This document shows, in pieces, positions 1-13,199 of a DNA stretch of 64,000 bases. The DNA comes from Pavona decussata. Taxonomy: Eukaryota. Made by a program: the position numbers and the translations under genes. The notes under the pieces are model-generated. The model was not told where the DNA came from and did not search any database. It saw only the letters and a program-made list of their open reading frames with translations. The stretch's first letter is position 1; each line of letters starts with the position of its first letter. The stretch lies in the NCBI GenBank assembly GCA_977016875.1, contig CDRNST010000051.1, positions 5,270,001-5,334,000 on the forward strand, given 5' to 3'.

Positions 1-336
1 TAATAGAATGGCATTGTCCATTTTGAAACCCCCAAATGAGCATAATTTCTTTGTCGTCTTTGATCTCTTCTTGATGAATCTGTAATTCTTCAACAACAAA
101 ATAGACACTACCACCATGTCTGCCATTATTTTCACGGTCCTTGTGAACTACGTCACAACTACGTAGATCATCGATGTGAGATACTAAACTATATACGTTT
201 AAACATGCCATAACCAAACCACGTCCAAAAACTGACTTACCGTAGGTGTTTTGTGAAGATTGTCCGAAATCCAGGGAATTTTTAGATTTCGGAGGATCAG
301 GAATCTGATCGGGCTCCCAAACGGCAAAGACCTAAT

Positions 337-620
337 CTATATGTTTACAAAATTCTGTGCTAGAAGGGCAGATTCTGACTTAGACAGATGTAACCCTCCC
401 CGATTTAAATGAGTTTGATTAATGTTGCTATGTTCGATAAAATTCCAGCGATTCTGTCGGAAAAACTTCTTGAGGATTTTGTTCACACTTGAGACTTTCC
501 CTTCTTTATCATCTGCCCTGGTGATCAATGCTGATATTGGCAAATTGGTTTCTGGTGCGTCACCTTCAATTTGAAGAGCCAAGTTGACAATGCCCTCAGC
601 TGTAAGTTTAGGTCCCATAA
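337..620 (-). mobile_element. CR1/L2-type LINE ORF1 fragment (SGNH/esterase-like domain)
   Basis: ORF 337..660 ends FIEHSNINQTHLNRGGLHLSKSESALLAQNF, the typical C-terminal block of LINE ORF1 esterase domains; it joins abruptly to the next element at about 620. Confidence 0.7.
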
Positions 621-1140
621 TCTGGCTGAGACAAATGGATGCAGAATCTGGCCTGTCCACTCTCTTGTGGTTTAATGCAGTGATATTTTGATATGCCAGG
701 GATGGCTGCTGCTCCTTGAAAGCAAGTGCTAAGGTCTAGGAAATCAGCAGACCTGTCTAGCTCCTCAGAACTGATGAAACGGACTTTAACTGCTTTACAC
801 AATTCAGATGTAACCTTAGCAAAAGATACAGCATCAGCAACAACTGGCACCCTCCTAGAGGATACTGCTCTCCACACAACCCTCTTTACTCTCTCCCTCC
901 AATACCATCAACCCTCTTCCCATGTGACGTGGCAGAAAAGTGCCAGGTGAGATTCATGTCCACTGATCTAAGCTTTTGGTAAGAATTCACCATATATCTC
1001 TTCTTAAACTGAGAGCTGGGCCCATTTAAGAACACATGAACATGCTTAAGCTTGGGACCCTGGTCTGAAACAAGCATTTGAAGTACCCTGTCCATGAAGA
1101 CAGCAACAGCTTCTTGATAGTGGGGTTAATGATGTACTGG
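620..1140 (-). mobile_element. Sola2-like DDD transposase fragment (frameshifted)
   Basis: Motifs VFLNGPSSQFKKRY (cf. SDGxxxQYKN), WHFSATSHGKRVDGIGG (cf. FATSHGKGxxDGxGG) and IPGISKYH across ORFs 886..1095 and 608..877. Confidence 0.65.
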
Positions 1141-1233
1141 ACTCGAGTTTGGCATGTAGGATTTTACGCTTGTGAATTCGAGGGAAACATGGATGAAAAC
1201 GTTGGTTCAGTTATACTTGTTGGGCACTTGTCC

Positions 1234-1281
<48 letters not shown>

Positions 1282-2499
1282 TCACAACATATCTCTATTC
1301 AAGCACACAACATGGAAGCTTAAATGTTTGGTGACAAAAGGTGAAAACTCTTGTGATTTATCTTCATTTAATCGAAGCGTATCAAAGCCGAGATGATTTA
1401 GATAACTATTTCAACCACAATAAACAAAAAGCTAGGTGTAAAAATTACATAAACTTTATATTTACTCGATTGCAGAGTAGAAAGTTAAGCCGAGCTAGGA
1501 CGCTGATAGATGATAAATTGCCACTAGATAAAGAAATCAACTAAATGCGAGTAAAATTTATAGAATCACCTCCGACTACCTTTCACAGAAACAACAATTC
1601 TTTGCACCAAATGCACTCGATTTCTTTTTGCATTACCACACAGCACTTACATGAACAACAACAAGTTTCTACCAGGTGACTTTCATTACTTAAATGAGCC
1701 AAAGAATCATTTTCGGCCTCTTCTGATTCACTGAAGACTTCTTTGTTATCTTCCCCGCCTGAAGAGAACTCGGGTTTTAACTTATAAGGTAATATTTTTA
1801 TGGTGGCCGCGGGAATTTTGAAACAGCTTCTGAGGGCTACGTTCAGGGGCCAAAACAACAAAATAGGGGAGATATTAAATATTTGGAAAACAAACCACTT
1901 TGAATTTGAATGACATGTTCCAGATACAACCATATCCATCATCAGTTTCTTTGATCTTACGTTGAAATGTAGTGGTAGCCAAGTCCAAAATGGAAAAACA
2001 AGCCTCCTAACACAGATCGCTACATGACTCTGAGTCCTTTAAATGCCTGGAGATGTGGAAATTACGGTCAGAGTTTATATGTTCGTGAACCTGTGTGGCA
2101 AGATGTGAAGTGGTTTCCCTGACATAACAGGGCATGACAGCCTGCACATGTACACCACACGAGAACGCAAAGCATTTGGAACTGTATCCTTCACTCCAAA
2201 TAGGTTTTTTAACTTTTAAGATGTGAAAACAATCGTTATATCTATCCCCTTACAATTCTCTTGGTTAACGTTCTAATCTTATGTTGTAATAATAGAGAAT
2301 AAGGACCATTGAAAGAATTTGAAAACACGTGGAGGTAACACCCATGTGTAAGTAACACCAATGAGACACCCCTTTTAAGTCAAAGTTAATATAGCGATCT
2401 ATCTGATTGGATTAACGCCAGGTTATGATTCGTAAACAGTGGGTCAAAACCCAGACGAGAGAGTCGGTCAAAGGATAAAGATATTAGCGGTATAATAAA

Positions 2500-2597
2500 T
2501 AGCCTGTGTGGCAGAAGCTAGAAAGGGGTACCTTTCCCCTTCTCACACTCACTTCCTCGATTTCCCCTGTTCCTCTTCCCTTCCTGTCACACAGGTA
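2500..2597. mobile_element. Small MITE
   Basis: Inverted termini tagcctgtgtggcag / ctgtcacacaggta around a purine/pyrimidine-skewed core. Confidence 0.5.
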
Positions 2598-2643
2598 ATA
2601 CAATAAAGTGTTTGATATCTTCTAACTAAAATCAGAACAGTAA

Positions 2644-3348
2644 TCAGAAGATATTATACTGATACTTTTTATCTGAAGGTAGCCATTTATCCACTTTTGT
2701 TACAACAATTAATGCAACATATCTAAACTCTCCAAGTCCATAAATGTACTTCCATTCAATGCCTTTAGATTTAGCAGTTCTAATTGCTGTCTTGTTCAAT
2801 GCCTCGTTGGCCTTTTTAACTTTGATAGCAGGAATATAACCCACAGGTTGCCACATGCCTTCAAGTTCTGCTTGCACCACAATTGCATTTTCGTCTTTTG
2901 CATTTGCTGGTTCTATAACAAGTTGGATAGGCACTTCTTGTTTATTCAGGAGTGATCTCTTGCTTTGTTTCAAAGCCTTTTGAAAGTGTTCATGGTATGT
3001 ACTACCTTTTAGTTTGAAATATTCCACGTAATGAGTCTCTTCAACATCAGCAGTACTGGGATGATCTGGCTCTAGTTCAGAGAGGTCATGTTCACTGATA
3101 TTGCTGTCGGAATCACATGTCGATTCACCAGAATCCGAACGGATTTGAGAGGCAGTAAAAACAACACTAGTGCGCACAGCAACATTTGACACATTGGGAC
3201 AACAATTGCAGTTGCAGTCCATACGCGTTATGTCCAGCCATGGCATCTCTTCAATGTTGTTCTCTTCCTCGTAGTCGTTGTATGGAGGAAGATTTATAGC
3301 AACGCTTGTCTGATTCAGCAGCAAGTTGAAGTCATATACAACTACCAC
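2644..3348 (-). CDS. HIRAN-like domain protein, probably transposon-borne
   Basis: Open 234-aa frame: acidic linker, then FKLKGSTYH...LVIEPANAKDENAIVV...VGYIP, matching the HIRAN pattern EPxNxxDxNAIxV...GY(I/V)P. Confidence 0.65.
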   Translation of the reverse strand: MVVVYDFNLLLNQTSVAINLPPYNDYEEENNIEEMPWLDITRMDCNCNCCPNVSNVAVRTSVVFTASQIRSDSGESTCDSDSNISEHDLSELEPDHPSTADVEETHYVEYFKLKGSTYHEHFQKALKQSKRSLLNKQEVPIQLVIEPANAKDENAIVVQAELEGMWQPVGYIPAIKVKKANEALNKTAIRTAKSKGIEWKYIYGLGEFRYVALIVVTKVDKWLPSDKKYQYNIF

Positions 3349-4689
3349 ATGACGGCCTTGATCTTTGTTGCTTTCATTTTCCAGCTGAATAAAAAGAAGT
3401 TGAATACGTGTGAAAATTTCTCAGAACAAAGGATCCATCAATTGACCATGATCGGCTACGATCATATTCAAAAACGATAAAAACAAAACACAAGCAAACT
3501 TTGAATTTTAAAACCTCATAAGCATCAAACAACAACTTACTAACCTTGTGGATGCAGCTCGATTTCACTTTAACAACGGCCGGGGAAGTCTTGTTCTCAA
3601 GGTCTTTGAGCTTTTCCGTGAACACAAACAGACAAAGCCACCGTTCTCTTAAGTTATTTGGGAAACTAACGTGTCCTAACATCGTCAGGAACCTGCAACA
3701 AGCTAAATTTGTCGATCAAATGTACAATTCACTGTTAAAATCTAAACAGTGAACATATAGTAATGGCGACACGGCGAGCATTGATGCGTTCTCTTCGAGC
3801 AATTCCATGGTGAATGAATGGTCACGGGGACAATTCCAGTTGATAATATAGTTGATCCGCGTTGCATCATGGGATACCTCAAATTTCCTCCTTGGTCGTC
3901 TAAATAGTGGAATGGTAATTTATGTAAAGGAATTAGAGACATCTTTTTAAACGAAAAGGTATACAGATATAAATAGAGATGCGTTTCAATCATTTTCAAC
4001 TTACAACAACGTAAATAAACTTATCTGTGGTAAGGTGGTCTATCTCTCACAATCAGATTTTCCAAAAGATAGTAAGCTATTTTGCCATTTCTCTTTGCTT
4101 CTTCCAACTTTGTTTGCTGACCTCCGCATTAATCAAGGGTTTCCTGGGCAAGATCTTTGTTGACATATATTCCATTGCATTTGAGAGCGACTATTTTTGT
4201 GGCAGCATCAATCTTAATACAATGTAGAGGGCAACCGACGTTTCAACTCTCTTCTTTATCAATCAAGCAAGCAAGGTAAAACTTTTGTGACAAATTTACA
4301 AACTATTTTGCAACAGTACAAAAAAAATCACTACTTTAAATTATACGTAGGTTGTTGCTATTCATGCTCATCGATGTAAAAACATGAGTTATACAAGAGC
4401 AGAAAAAAACATGGCGAGGCCATTTTTGCAAAAGCACATTTTCTTGCTCCCCGGGAGGGATGATTGGTATCTAACAGTAAGACCGCTTGAAAAGTTCATC
4501 CTGGTGGCTCAGAAACAAAACAATGTTCTCTAACTTTGAATTGCAACGAACATTAAATCCTGATTAAAAAAATATAAATCACGCTCTCAACACACCAGGA
4601 GGGTGGTGGTCGCTGCAATACAACTTGTAACAAGACACTAATTACTAAGTGTCACCAGTAAAAATGTTCCTCATCATTTTTCGGAATCA

Positions 4690-7600
4690 TTTGCATTTCT
4701 CAACTAAAGTCTTAGTCTTTAGTCTACTGGGACAAGAAGGGAAAGCCATTGGACTGCTCTTGAGACTACAGTGTCCTTTGCGCCTCGGTACTCATGATAA
4801 CCCCCCAGTGCAATAGCTCTTGTACTGAATGGTCATCCTGGGGACACTATCATCTTCTCCTGGAAGCACATCTCTCACAAGGGCCAACCGATGATCTCCT
4901 CCTAGATTATTCTTGTCTGCAACAATCGCGACATCTCCTGGGCGCAAGTTGCGAGTCGCAGTATGCTATTTACCCTCTACCACCAGAGTTGGAGCAGGAT
5001 CTTCATTTTCTTTATTCTCTATTTCTTCCTGGATTGGAGTACTTTCACTGTCACTTTCATTATCTCTGTACAAAAAGTTGGTCTGTATGACTCTGGTGCA
5101 GTCACCTTGTTGGTTGTATGTTCTGATAACTCTGTGAGGAATTGTGATAGTGTCATCACTCAGGCATCTTTCCCAGTAATCAGATAGGTGCTGTTCCTCT
5201 AGCTTTAGGTTGCTTCCAAAGAATTCAACTCCAGCCAAAATTTGATGCCACCAAACATCTTCACCACAGGCAATGAAGTCGCTGATACTCTGTAGGTGAG
5301 CCTGGTATTCTTTTGGGTTTTTAATAATATACCGATTTGGAACAACTGTGTTTGGAAATGGTGGTAGAGTGCTGTAATATTTCGAAATTTGTGATTCCTG
5401 CGTTTTCACTGAATTGTTGGCTTTAAGCTTTTGTTCGGCTTGTAGACGGATGAGGCTTGGAGTGATGATGTCACCAGGTCTCCTGTTCGTTAATTTGGTA
5501 ACACCTTGTAGGGTGTTGAAGTGCCGTTCCTCTTCTTCAGTGTTAGTTGACTACAGAGAAACAATCCTGCTTTGCTTGGCAGCGTGAGCAGTTAGAGAAT
5601 GCCAATACCTGCCGTAAAATTTTCTTTCAGTGAGGGACTTTGGTTTCCCAGTCACTTCCTTGCAGATCATGGCATGGATGAAAGCTTGATTGTGTAGACG
5701 CAGAACTAATTTTGGACAGCATAAATGTGCTGGCAAGTACAGCAGTTGACTGAGCTCTGTCACGGAATCCAGCAATGTCTGTATGTTGGGTCTTACTTTT
5801 CCTACCAAAGAGTTATGGTCATCAGTACATTTGAAATACCATTACAGCATACATTGTGTAGCACTGACTCAGTGCTACACTGAGGTAAATGGAATCAATG
5901 TCAACATTTATTTTAGTAGCAGCTTATGATGGCTAGTACCTTCTTCAGTACAATCTGAATGCAAAAGGAAAATATGATCATTACAAAATAATATAGTTTC
6001 TTGATACAGCACTATTACCTTAGTGACCAGAGGGCAACATTCCATGTGTTATACAATAGTGAACACAATCATAGTTATTTGTTCAAAAAAGTGACCATAA
6101 AGTGGTAAGCCTCCTACAATTTACTTGAAGATGTATGTCAATATGGATGTTCCTTGCACAGTCCTCTTTATGCAAAAAATTAAAATGACAGGGTATTTGT
6201 ATTTTACCTACAGTATACCAATAGTTAGGAAAACCAGTTTTAATTTAAATGGCAAGTACCTCTTAAATATTGAGCCACGATAACAGCAGCAAGTCGATAG
6301 TCACAGCCATGTAGCTTTTCTTTTCCCCCTAAGGAGCATTCTATGATGTCTTTAAATTCTTCATTTTCTTCTTTGTCAAGGTGAGAGGGCAGTTCAGTCA
6401 GGACATTGGCTATATGTTCTTTCATGTCATGGAGAGGCTCTGTAGGTAGGACTTCATATGTTCCTGTTTGAAATAATTATGTGTTGTGGTTCAAAATTTG
6501 TTTTGGTTTAGAAATTTTCTAACCAGTTTGATTTTTATTTCCCTTTGTCTCAGATTACAAAAATGAATTCTGCACAAAGGAAAATAAAAATTAAACTGGT
6601 TTGAAAAATTTTAAACCAAAAAAAACAAAAAATTAAACCACAGCATATGTGCATTAGAAATTATGCTCAGCCTCTGTTATCTTTACCATTTACTCTACTC
6701 CGCCTTCCCTTCCTATGATAGCTAACAAGAGTGGTAGGGTATGGACATGTTGGTTTTCTGATCTTATCCTGCTTCAGACCAAAAATTGTTAAAGTTTAAC
6801 ACCTAACCCCTAAAATACTTCCTCTTTAATGTTAAAACAGTATTAATCTACAGTGGAGCTCAGATTGTTCCTTAAAAATGATGCACTGTCTATTAAGCAG
6901 TGTTTTCTTGACTGTTATTCACTGAATGATGTGGAAGTGGATAATAGTGTTTATTTGATAAATGCAAAGGTAGATTGGTTATACTATTCTCACCTAAACC
7001 AATATCTGCCAATGTTTTTTCTTGATCAAAGAAGATCATAGCAGGGACTCGCTGAATACCACCAATCTCCTCCTTAAGAACTTCCTGTAATTCTTTTTTC
7101 TGACCATCACAGGGCAGGCCTCGTGCATTGCACTCTCTCTTCAGCTCTTCTAGACGAAGGTCTTTGAAAGGTCTCAAACCACCATTTCTCTTGTTTTGTC
7201 CAGCGGGTCCCTGTAACACCTTCTTTTGCCGCTCTGTCAGGCTCATGTGCGATCTGCTGAGGGAAACTGCCAGGTCCTTGTACTTTCTGGCATCACCACT
7301 GCAACTGGCACAACCAGCGTTTCCACCTTTCTGTTCTCCAGCCTCAAATTCTTGCTGTCGGCCATCTCCATGGAAAAACCTCATGATGTCACTGATTGAT
7401 ACACCATTTGATGCTGTCAAGGTTGTACTCAGGCTTTGCAAACAGGCCTTTCTGGTGTTGATGTAGGCAAGCTGTTCAACCTCAGAGGATCCACACCTCC
7501 CCAATATGTATACATGAGGTTTTTCCACTAGAGATTGCTCATCAATGTTCTCCTGCCCCTTGTCCTTCATTTCTTCGTTCTCTAGGTAAAGTGCCTCATA

Positions 7601-8745
7601 TACAACATTGACGGTCAATAAAAGGTGGCCATGATTTAGAAGAGTGGAATTGTCACCCTAAACCATAAGATGCTTCGTCCGTTCTATTTCTTTGAGCCTT
7701 TTTTTGATCTGAGATGGACTTTCTTCCCCTAGATCCTCCCCCAGCTGCCTTAGTCTGGAACTCACTTCATCTTGTGTCATCTGATCGTAGTTGGGTCATT
7801 ATTCAAGAAGAGAAATAACTCATATACTGTACATATATTGTAGCTCAAGGAACCAATATTATTATTTGCTCACCCTTTCTCCATCTTTCATGGAATTTAC
7901 TTCTTCTAGGAGCCCATCCTTGTCAAATTTAAGATCATCTGGCTTTGGAGAGTGCCTTTTCTTCTTTCGTTGGCCTTGTTCTTCTGCGAGTGATCTTTTG
8001 TTGGACCTGTTTTCAGCATCCTCCTTGCTTTCAAAGTAAAGCGACAACCGCTGCTCTTGACGTTGGCTGTAGGTTTGCCTAGTGCCAAGCATGGTATCGC
8101 ATTCCTTCTGTGCCCATTGGTCCTGGATATTTTTCTTCTCAGCTCTGGATTTATTTCTCATTTCCCGTTTCAACTCAACACGGGACTTTTTTACTTGAAC
8201 ATTGAGCTCAGGAAGACTGATTTGTGCAACAACAAATGTCACCCCAAATGTCTTTTCAAAGGGGGCATTAATTTTTTCATACACTTCTTTTGTGGCAGCT
8301 TTAAGGGCCTTTTTTGTAACTTTCACATTTCCAGCAGATGATGCTTTAAGGACTCGACTGTTGATTTTTTTGTAAATATCATCACTTGTTACAGAATTTG
8401 TCTTGCAACCCCACATGGGGAATAAAGATTGAAATGAAAAATGGTGGATGTCACAGGCCTTGCACTGCGAACGGCAATGTTGTCTCTTTTTGTGTTCTGT
8501 AAGCTTTTCCCAGTTGTTGGGGCTGAAGTGCTCGATGTATTTTTCCCTCTCTGATGTCTTCCATCTTTTAAAATGAAGTACAATGCTCTTGGAGCGCTTG
8601 TTCAAAGAATATTTGTTGACTTCAAAACGTTTTTTGAGTATCGTTTCCACCTCTGTTCTTGATCATACTCCACTTTGCCATTGAGCTTGAGATAGCTAGA
8701 TTTAACTGCAACTCGAGCAAATCCACATCCGAAGGTGAGCGCCAT
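4690..8745 (-). pseudogene. Intron-containing RAG1/Transib/Chapaev-like DDE transposase with SAP domain (disrupted)
   Basis: Approximate exons 8745-7876, 7795-6992, 6465-6258, 5804-4690. Putative D (GDNST), D (RFFHGDG), CxxC (CASC), SAP (LRLEELKRECNARGLPCDGQKKELQEVL), EPLHD, H-x4-H (YWHSLTAH), E (STNTEEEERHF). Stops and frameshifts present. Confidence 0.65.
6478..6648. mobile_element. MITE in transposase intron
   Basis: Termini tatgtgttgtggtt / aaccacagcatat with internal inverted aaaccagttt-type repeats. Confidence 0.55.
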
Positions 8746-9949
8746 ATTATGGCGCCAAGTCGTGGAATCGTTTTCGTCTAAAACACTTTATCAGCAGTGG
8801 TCGCGGAAACGATTTGTGTATACTTGATATACCTGGAACTCACTCTCAGCGAAAAGGGGTCTTGTAAACGTTTAGGAAAATTACAATCTTTCTATAAAGT
8901 GCATACAATTATCGTGCATAAGTGCCGTTGTTCGATCGATTAGCATTAGCATTGATTTAATTTATTTTGGATTTAGCGCCAAAAAAAAGCGTGCCTATCA
9001 GATACCGGCATAAATTAAGAAAATACTGGGTTCTCCATGACTTGCAATGCGGTTCGCAAGGGGAATTTTTGATACAACAAGTAACCGTAACAACACCAAT
9101 ATTTTCCTCAGAAAAGTGTTTATTTATCACCTTTTAAAAACCTGAAAGGCCCCCAAAAAGAAGACAGCATTGTTAGCGAAAGCTCTTTTACCGATCTGTA
9201 CCTTTCTTGAGAAAAAACGATCACAAAAAGCTCCAAAATCTCACAAAAAAGCCACCATTCGCCAGAAACTGTGGGTTCTTCCTTCGCCATTTTTATTGAT
9301 GCAACCAGGCCTTTCTTTTATTCGATCATTCCATTGGTGAATTCGTCTCTAAGACAACGAGATGTTTCGTACCCAGCCTTTCCTGCTTGATGAATTGCCC
9401 CGTCAACATAGCAAATTCAAAATGGTGGACAACGGTGTTGTGGGAAGATATTTCGCTCTAGGGGAACACTTTATATGTACCATAGCAAGTTTTTATCACC
9501 CAGCACTAACAGAAAACGTTATTTCCTACATAACTACGATTGGAAATTTGAAAAGCGAGCAAATTAAACATTCACATTAAAGGAAAATGATCGCATTATC
9601 GTATGTTTTGACTTCACAGAGAAACTGCTCTAGCAGAACTGACTGTTTCCTTATATTGCCAGGCACAGTTTAACAGTTCAAGTATCCAACTTTTTGAATG
9701 GGACACAAGATTATTTAAGGTACAAAGAAAGAGTGTTCCCATTTTACCTTAAAAATCGGTATTTTTTTCTCTGTTATCCAAACTCCTTAATCATTTGTCA
9801 CGTGACAAGGTCACGTGATATTTTAACAACGCATTTCTCATGTCACTTGGATTCAACTGTCCAAGTCTTATAAAGTTCGGTTGCAACTTCTTCGAATGGC
9901 GCCACTTTATTTTAAAATGACATTTTTTCAGTGGAGACCCATGCCTTAA

Positions 9950-12116
9950 TTTACTTGAGTTCACCTTTTTCTTGCAAGGGGGACAAACCCAGGTAGTTTG
10001 GCTATTGTTTGGCATCTTCTTGTATTTGAGGCAGATGAGATGGAAAAAGTTTCCATTATCACATGATTCATTCGGGCATTGTAGGAGTTTTTCAGAGTCA
10101 TGGGGCCTTGATTTGCATATGCATATGCTATCAAGGCTCATTGCTGAGTGGGGGACACTTGAACTGTTTTTTGTTGCTTTCCGTGTCCTTTTGTACTGGG
10201 GTAGGGTTCTGCAGTGAGGGCAGTACCAAGTTTTTGGAATGCTTTCAATCTTGAGACATGATAAATGAAAGGTAATAATAGGACAATTAGGATTGCAACA
10301 AACAACACAGTCCTCATCAGTGCTCTTTCTGCAGTAGCAAACCCTGTCTGCTTTTGGTAATGAGCTGGGCTGACTGAAGTGGTTCCTTGTGTACCACTTA
10401 CCAAGCACTTCAGGAAGAATGCAAGTTCTCCAAAAATGGGTGAGCTTGGGCACAACAGAACTCCAGTGTTCTTTATCAGGCAGAATTCGCTGATGAAAAA
10501 ATTTAGCTGTGCCACAAGCACCAAAAGCACACAATAAAATGACAGTATTTTCTTTTTACTGTAAAGAGTTGTTGCTGTGTTTGATAGTAGTAGGCATGAT
10601 CATTTTTCAGCCAAAAATCACCAGCAGCATCTTTCTTCAGGCATGATGAACCTTTCAAAACATAGATCTCAAAGTCACAATTTTCAATGCACAGAGGACA
10701 CTTGACTTCTCCGCATCCTTCTCTGCAACAGTCACAAGAACAGAGAAAGTCTGGGGTTGCATGTAGCCAGGGGTATTCTTTATTGATAAAAACACCACAT
10801 TTCACTATTTGGAAATTTATATGCTGCTCTTTCATAACTTCTTCAAAAGCACTGATTGCTTGTGCCTCATGTTTACACCCATGTTTTATTGCTTTGGAGA
10901 ATAATTTATTCAGTTCAGGGTAGCAAATAGATTGAATTAGAGACTGAGAAGGCAATGCAGGGTCTGTATGAGATGCTTGCTTGCTTTGAGAAGCTCCAAT
11001 CCTACCAGCTCTGTGTTTGAAAAAGGCAGACCCCTGTGACTGGGTTCTAGTGTCTTTCTCAATTTGAGAAATTCCATTGTCAGAAAGCTTTAGTACTTGT
11101 TTAGAACAAACCTCCAACAATTCTGGATATTGAAGATCTTGATATGTAGGGTCTGCTACAGTTGGAATTTCGCGGCTCTTTTGCACAAAGCTCTCCGCAA
11201 AAGGAGCAACTAGACTGAGGGCGATGGGCTTGATTTTACAGCCATTTAATTCAGCGTAGAAAGAATCCATCTCCTCTTCCAATGGAGATGGAACAATTTT
11301 GGACCGGCTTCTTACATCAGGAGGACTGTTTCTTGCTTCAGAAGTCTCCAAACGACTGTCCAACGTTGCATCCAGGTCAGCTTTCATTTTCTTTGCAGAG
11401 GTGAAATTGATATTGCGAACTCTTGCGTACTGAACTTCCTTTACATACGAAGGTAAGATCCACGAACACTTCACTTGCGTGCACGTCAGCTTGCCATTAA
11501 TTTTTGTCCATGCCTCGAGGTAAAATAGTGTACTGGCTACATGTGAACAGGATTCTCCGAGACCAGCCTTACATCCACAACAGTGGGCAGAAATTATTGT
11601 TCCCTGCTTTTCTGTGATAATCCACACTGGAATCAACGCATCATTCATTCTCTGAGAATGTCTTACTTTCGCCAAAACTACAAATTTATCATTTATGATG
11701 TGGCCTTGTACACTTGAAATAAATCCAGATACCATCTGATTGTACGCTTGTAGGCTTCGAAATGCGTTAAATTGCTGTTTCGTGTAATAACCCGTCTCCA
11801 AAACAAGGTACAACAGTAGGTCGGTCGATTCCACTGGAGGTAAGCAATCGGGTTCGAAGTTTGCCCTCAATCAAGACCAGATCGATTCCTATGGCCGAAA
11901 TTTTTTCAATGTAACGCTTCTTGACCTTTTCCTCCAACTTATTAGCATAAGCCGACAAAGGTATGGACGGTTTTTGTTTGCTATTTTTGCATGAATTATT
12001 CACATTGTTGACTTCACTCTCTTGAGGACGGAACGCCATTTTGGAATTTCCCGGGAAAATTGGTCCACCAATATGGCGAACGGAAATGATGTGACGTCAC
12101 GTGAAAACGATCTATT
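9950..12116 (-). mobile_element. ISL2EU/Harbinger-type element arm: SWIM + YqaJ (lambda-exonuclease-like) + PHD gene, with one terminus
   Basis: ORFs 11767..12039, 10503..11870 and 9791..10534 carry SWIM ([13 protein letters not shown]), YqaJ motifs ([31 protein letters not shown]) and two PHD fingers. Terminal-like sequence aatagatcgttttcacgtgacgtcac (minus strand) at 12091-12116. The cognate transposase is not present. Confidence 0.75.
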
Positions 12117-13199
12117 GTTCCAAACGATATATTTATATTCACCATCACAATCAGCAACATCTCGTAATTCTGACCACCATAATGAAAGTTAATAATAAAA
12201 ATCGGGTAAGGTATTAAATTTATCAACGTCGCAGTCACAGTTAAGTAAAAACAGTCCTCCGTAAAGTTTCCAGAAGCAATTATAACCATCATCTACAATC
12301 TTTTTTAACCAACTTAACCTTAGGGCTTTTATCATGTTTTCATAAACAACCATTCTGATATCACCAGAATCGTAGAGCGTGCAAGTAGAACGTTCTCTTG
12401 CCAGAGTTCTTTCTTTAGCCCAAACCCCTTTGAAGGAAACAAAGATGTCAGGATCCTGTCATTTTCAAAAGAGATGGCACCTGTATTGGTTCTAGAGCAT
12501 GGTTTATGAATACTATAGATGTCCCCTGGACGAGAGGTGTTTGAAGGCTCTTCATCACTGTGTTGTGGTAATTCAGATGGCGCAGATGCACCTGTTGATC
12601 CAGCCAAAGGGGATTCTCTTGATGCCATTTTCTTGAGTTGCCCTTTACTCTTTTTAGAGACTTTCCCCTCACCGGCCAATGAAGTTGCAATTATACCGCC
12701 CTCATATTCCCCTTCGATAGGAAATATAAAGTTTCCAAGCAAGGAAATGTCGTTGAAGGTGACCATTTTCTTGGGAACTTTACTTCGGTCAATGCACAAT
12801 GGAAAACAGGAGACCTTTTTCATTCCCTATAAGGGAAAAGAAAAATTATACACTTGTGGATACTAAAAGGTATCCATTTTGTCGAATGACACTGCAAGAA
12901 ACTAATACTAATACAATGAACATTATATACATGTACATGCCTATCATAATTGTTATGCTGTCAGGTGTCCTTAACAACTGAGATTTGTATCAAATTTCCC
13001 CTTCATCTTCCATTCTTCTGAAGGAAAATTTGGCCAGTGACTTATAATAATTATTATTGTTATAAGGCCTAAGGTGGTAAGGTGATGTTACTGCTTTTCA
13101 TACTTTTTCTGCAATAAACTTCCACTTTTAGTGCTGTTTTTAAGAAAAATACAAATGCAAAAAATGTTACCAAGAACATTTTATGCAAGTTGAGAATTT

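Noticed and set aside
7128-7466. Plus-strand ORFs overlapping TE genes (also 29595..29978, 49491..49835, 53045..53497)
   Set aside because: Antisense shadows of minus-strand coding sequence.
10503-11870. Phage or herpesvirus alkaline exonuclease insertion
   Set aside because: The SWIM+YqaJ+PHD layout and the TIR-like end fit a eukaryotic DNA transposon accessory gene.
4690-12039. ProtoRAG (RAG1L + RAG2L with PHD)
   Set aside because: The PHD fingers belong to a SWIM-YqaJ gene with its own terminus; there are no kelch repeats and the genes are not convergent.
12332-12823. 163-aa minus-strand ORF (likewise 1583..1942 and the 24360-25400 region)
   Set aside because: Coding-like but with no motif I can recognise; left unassigned.
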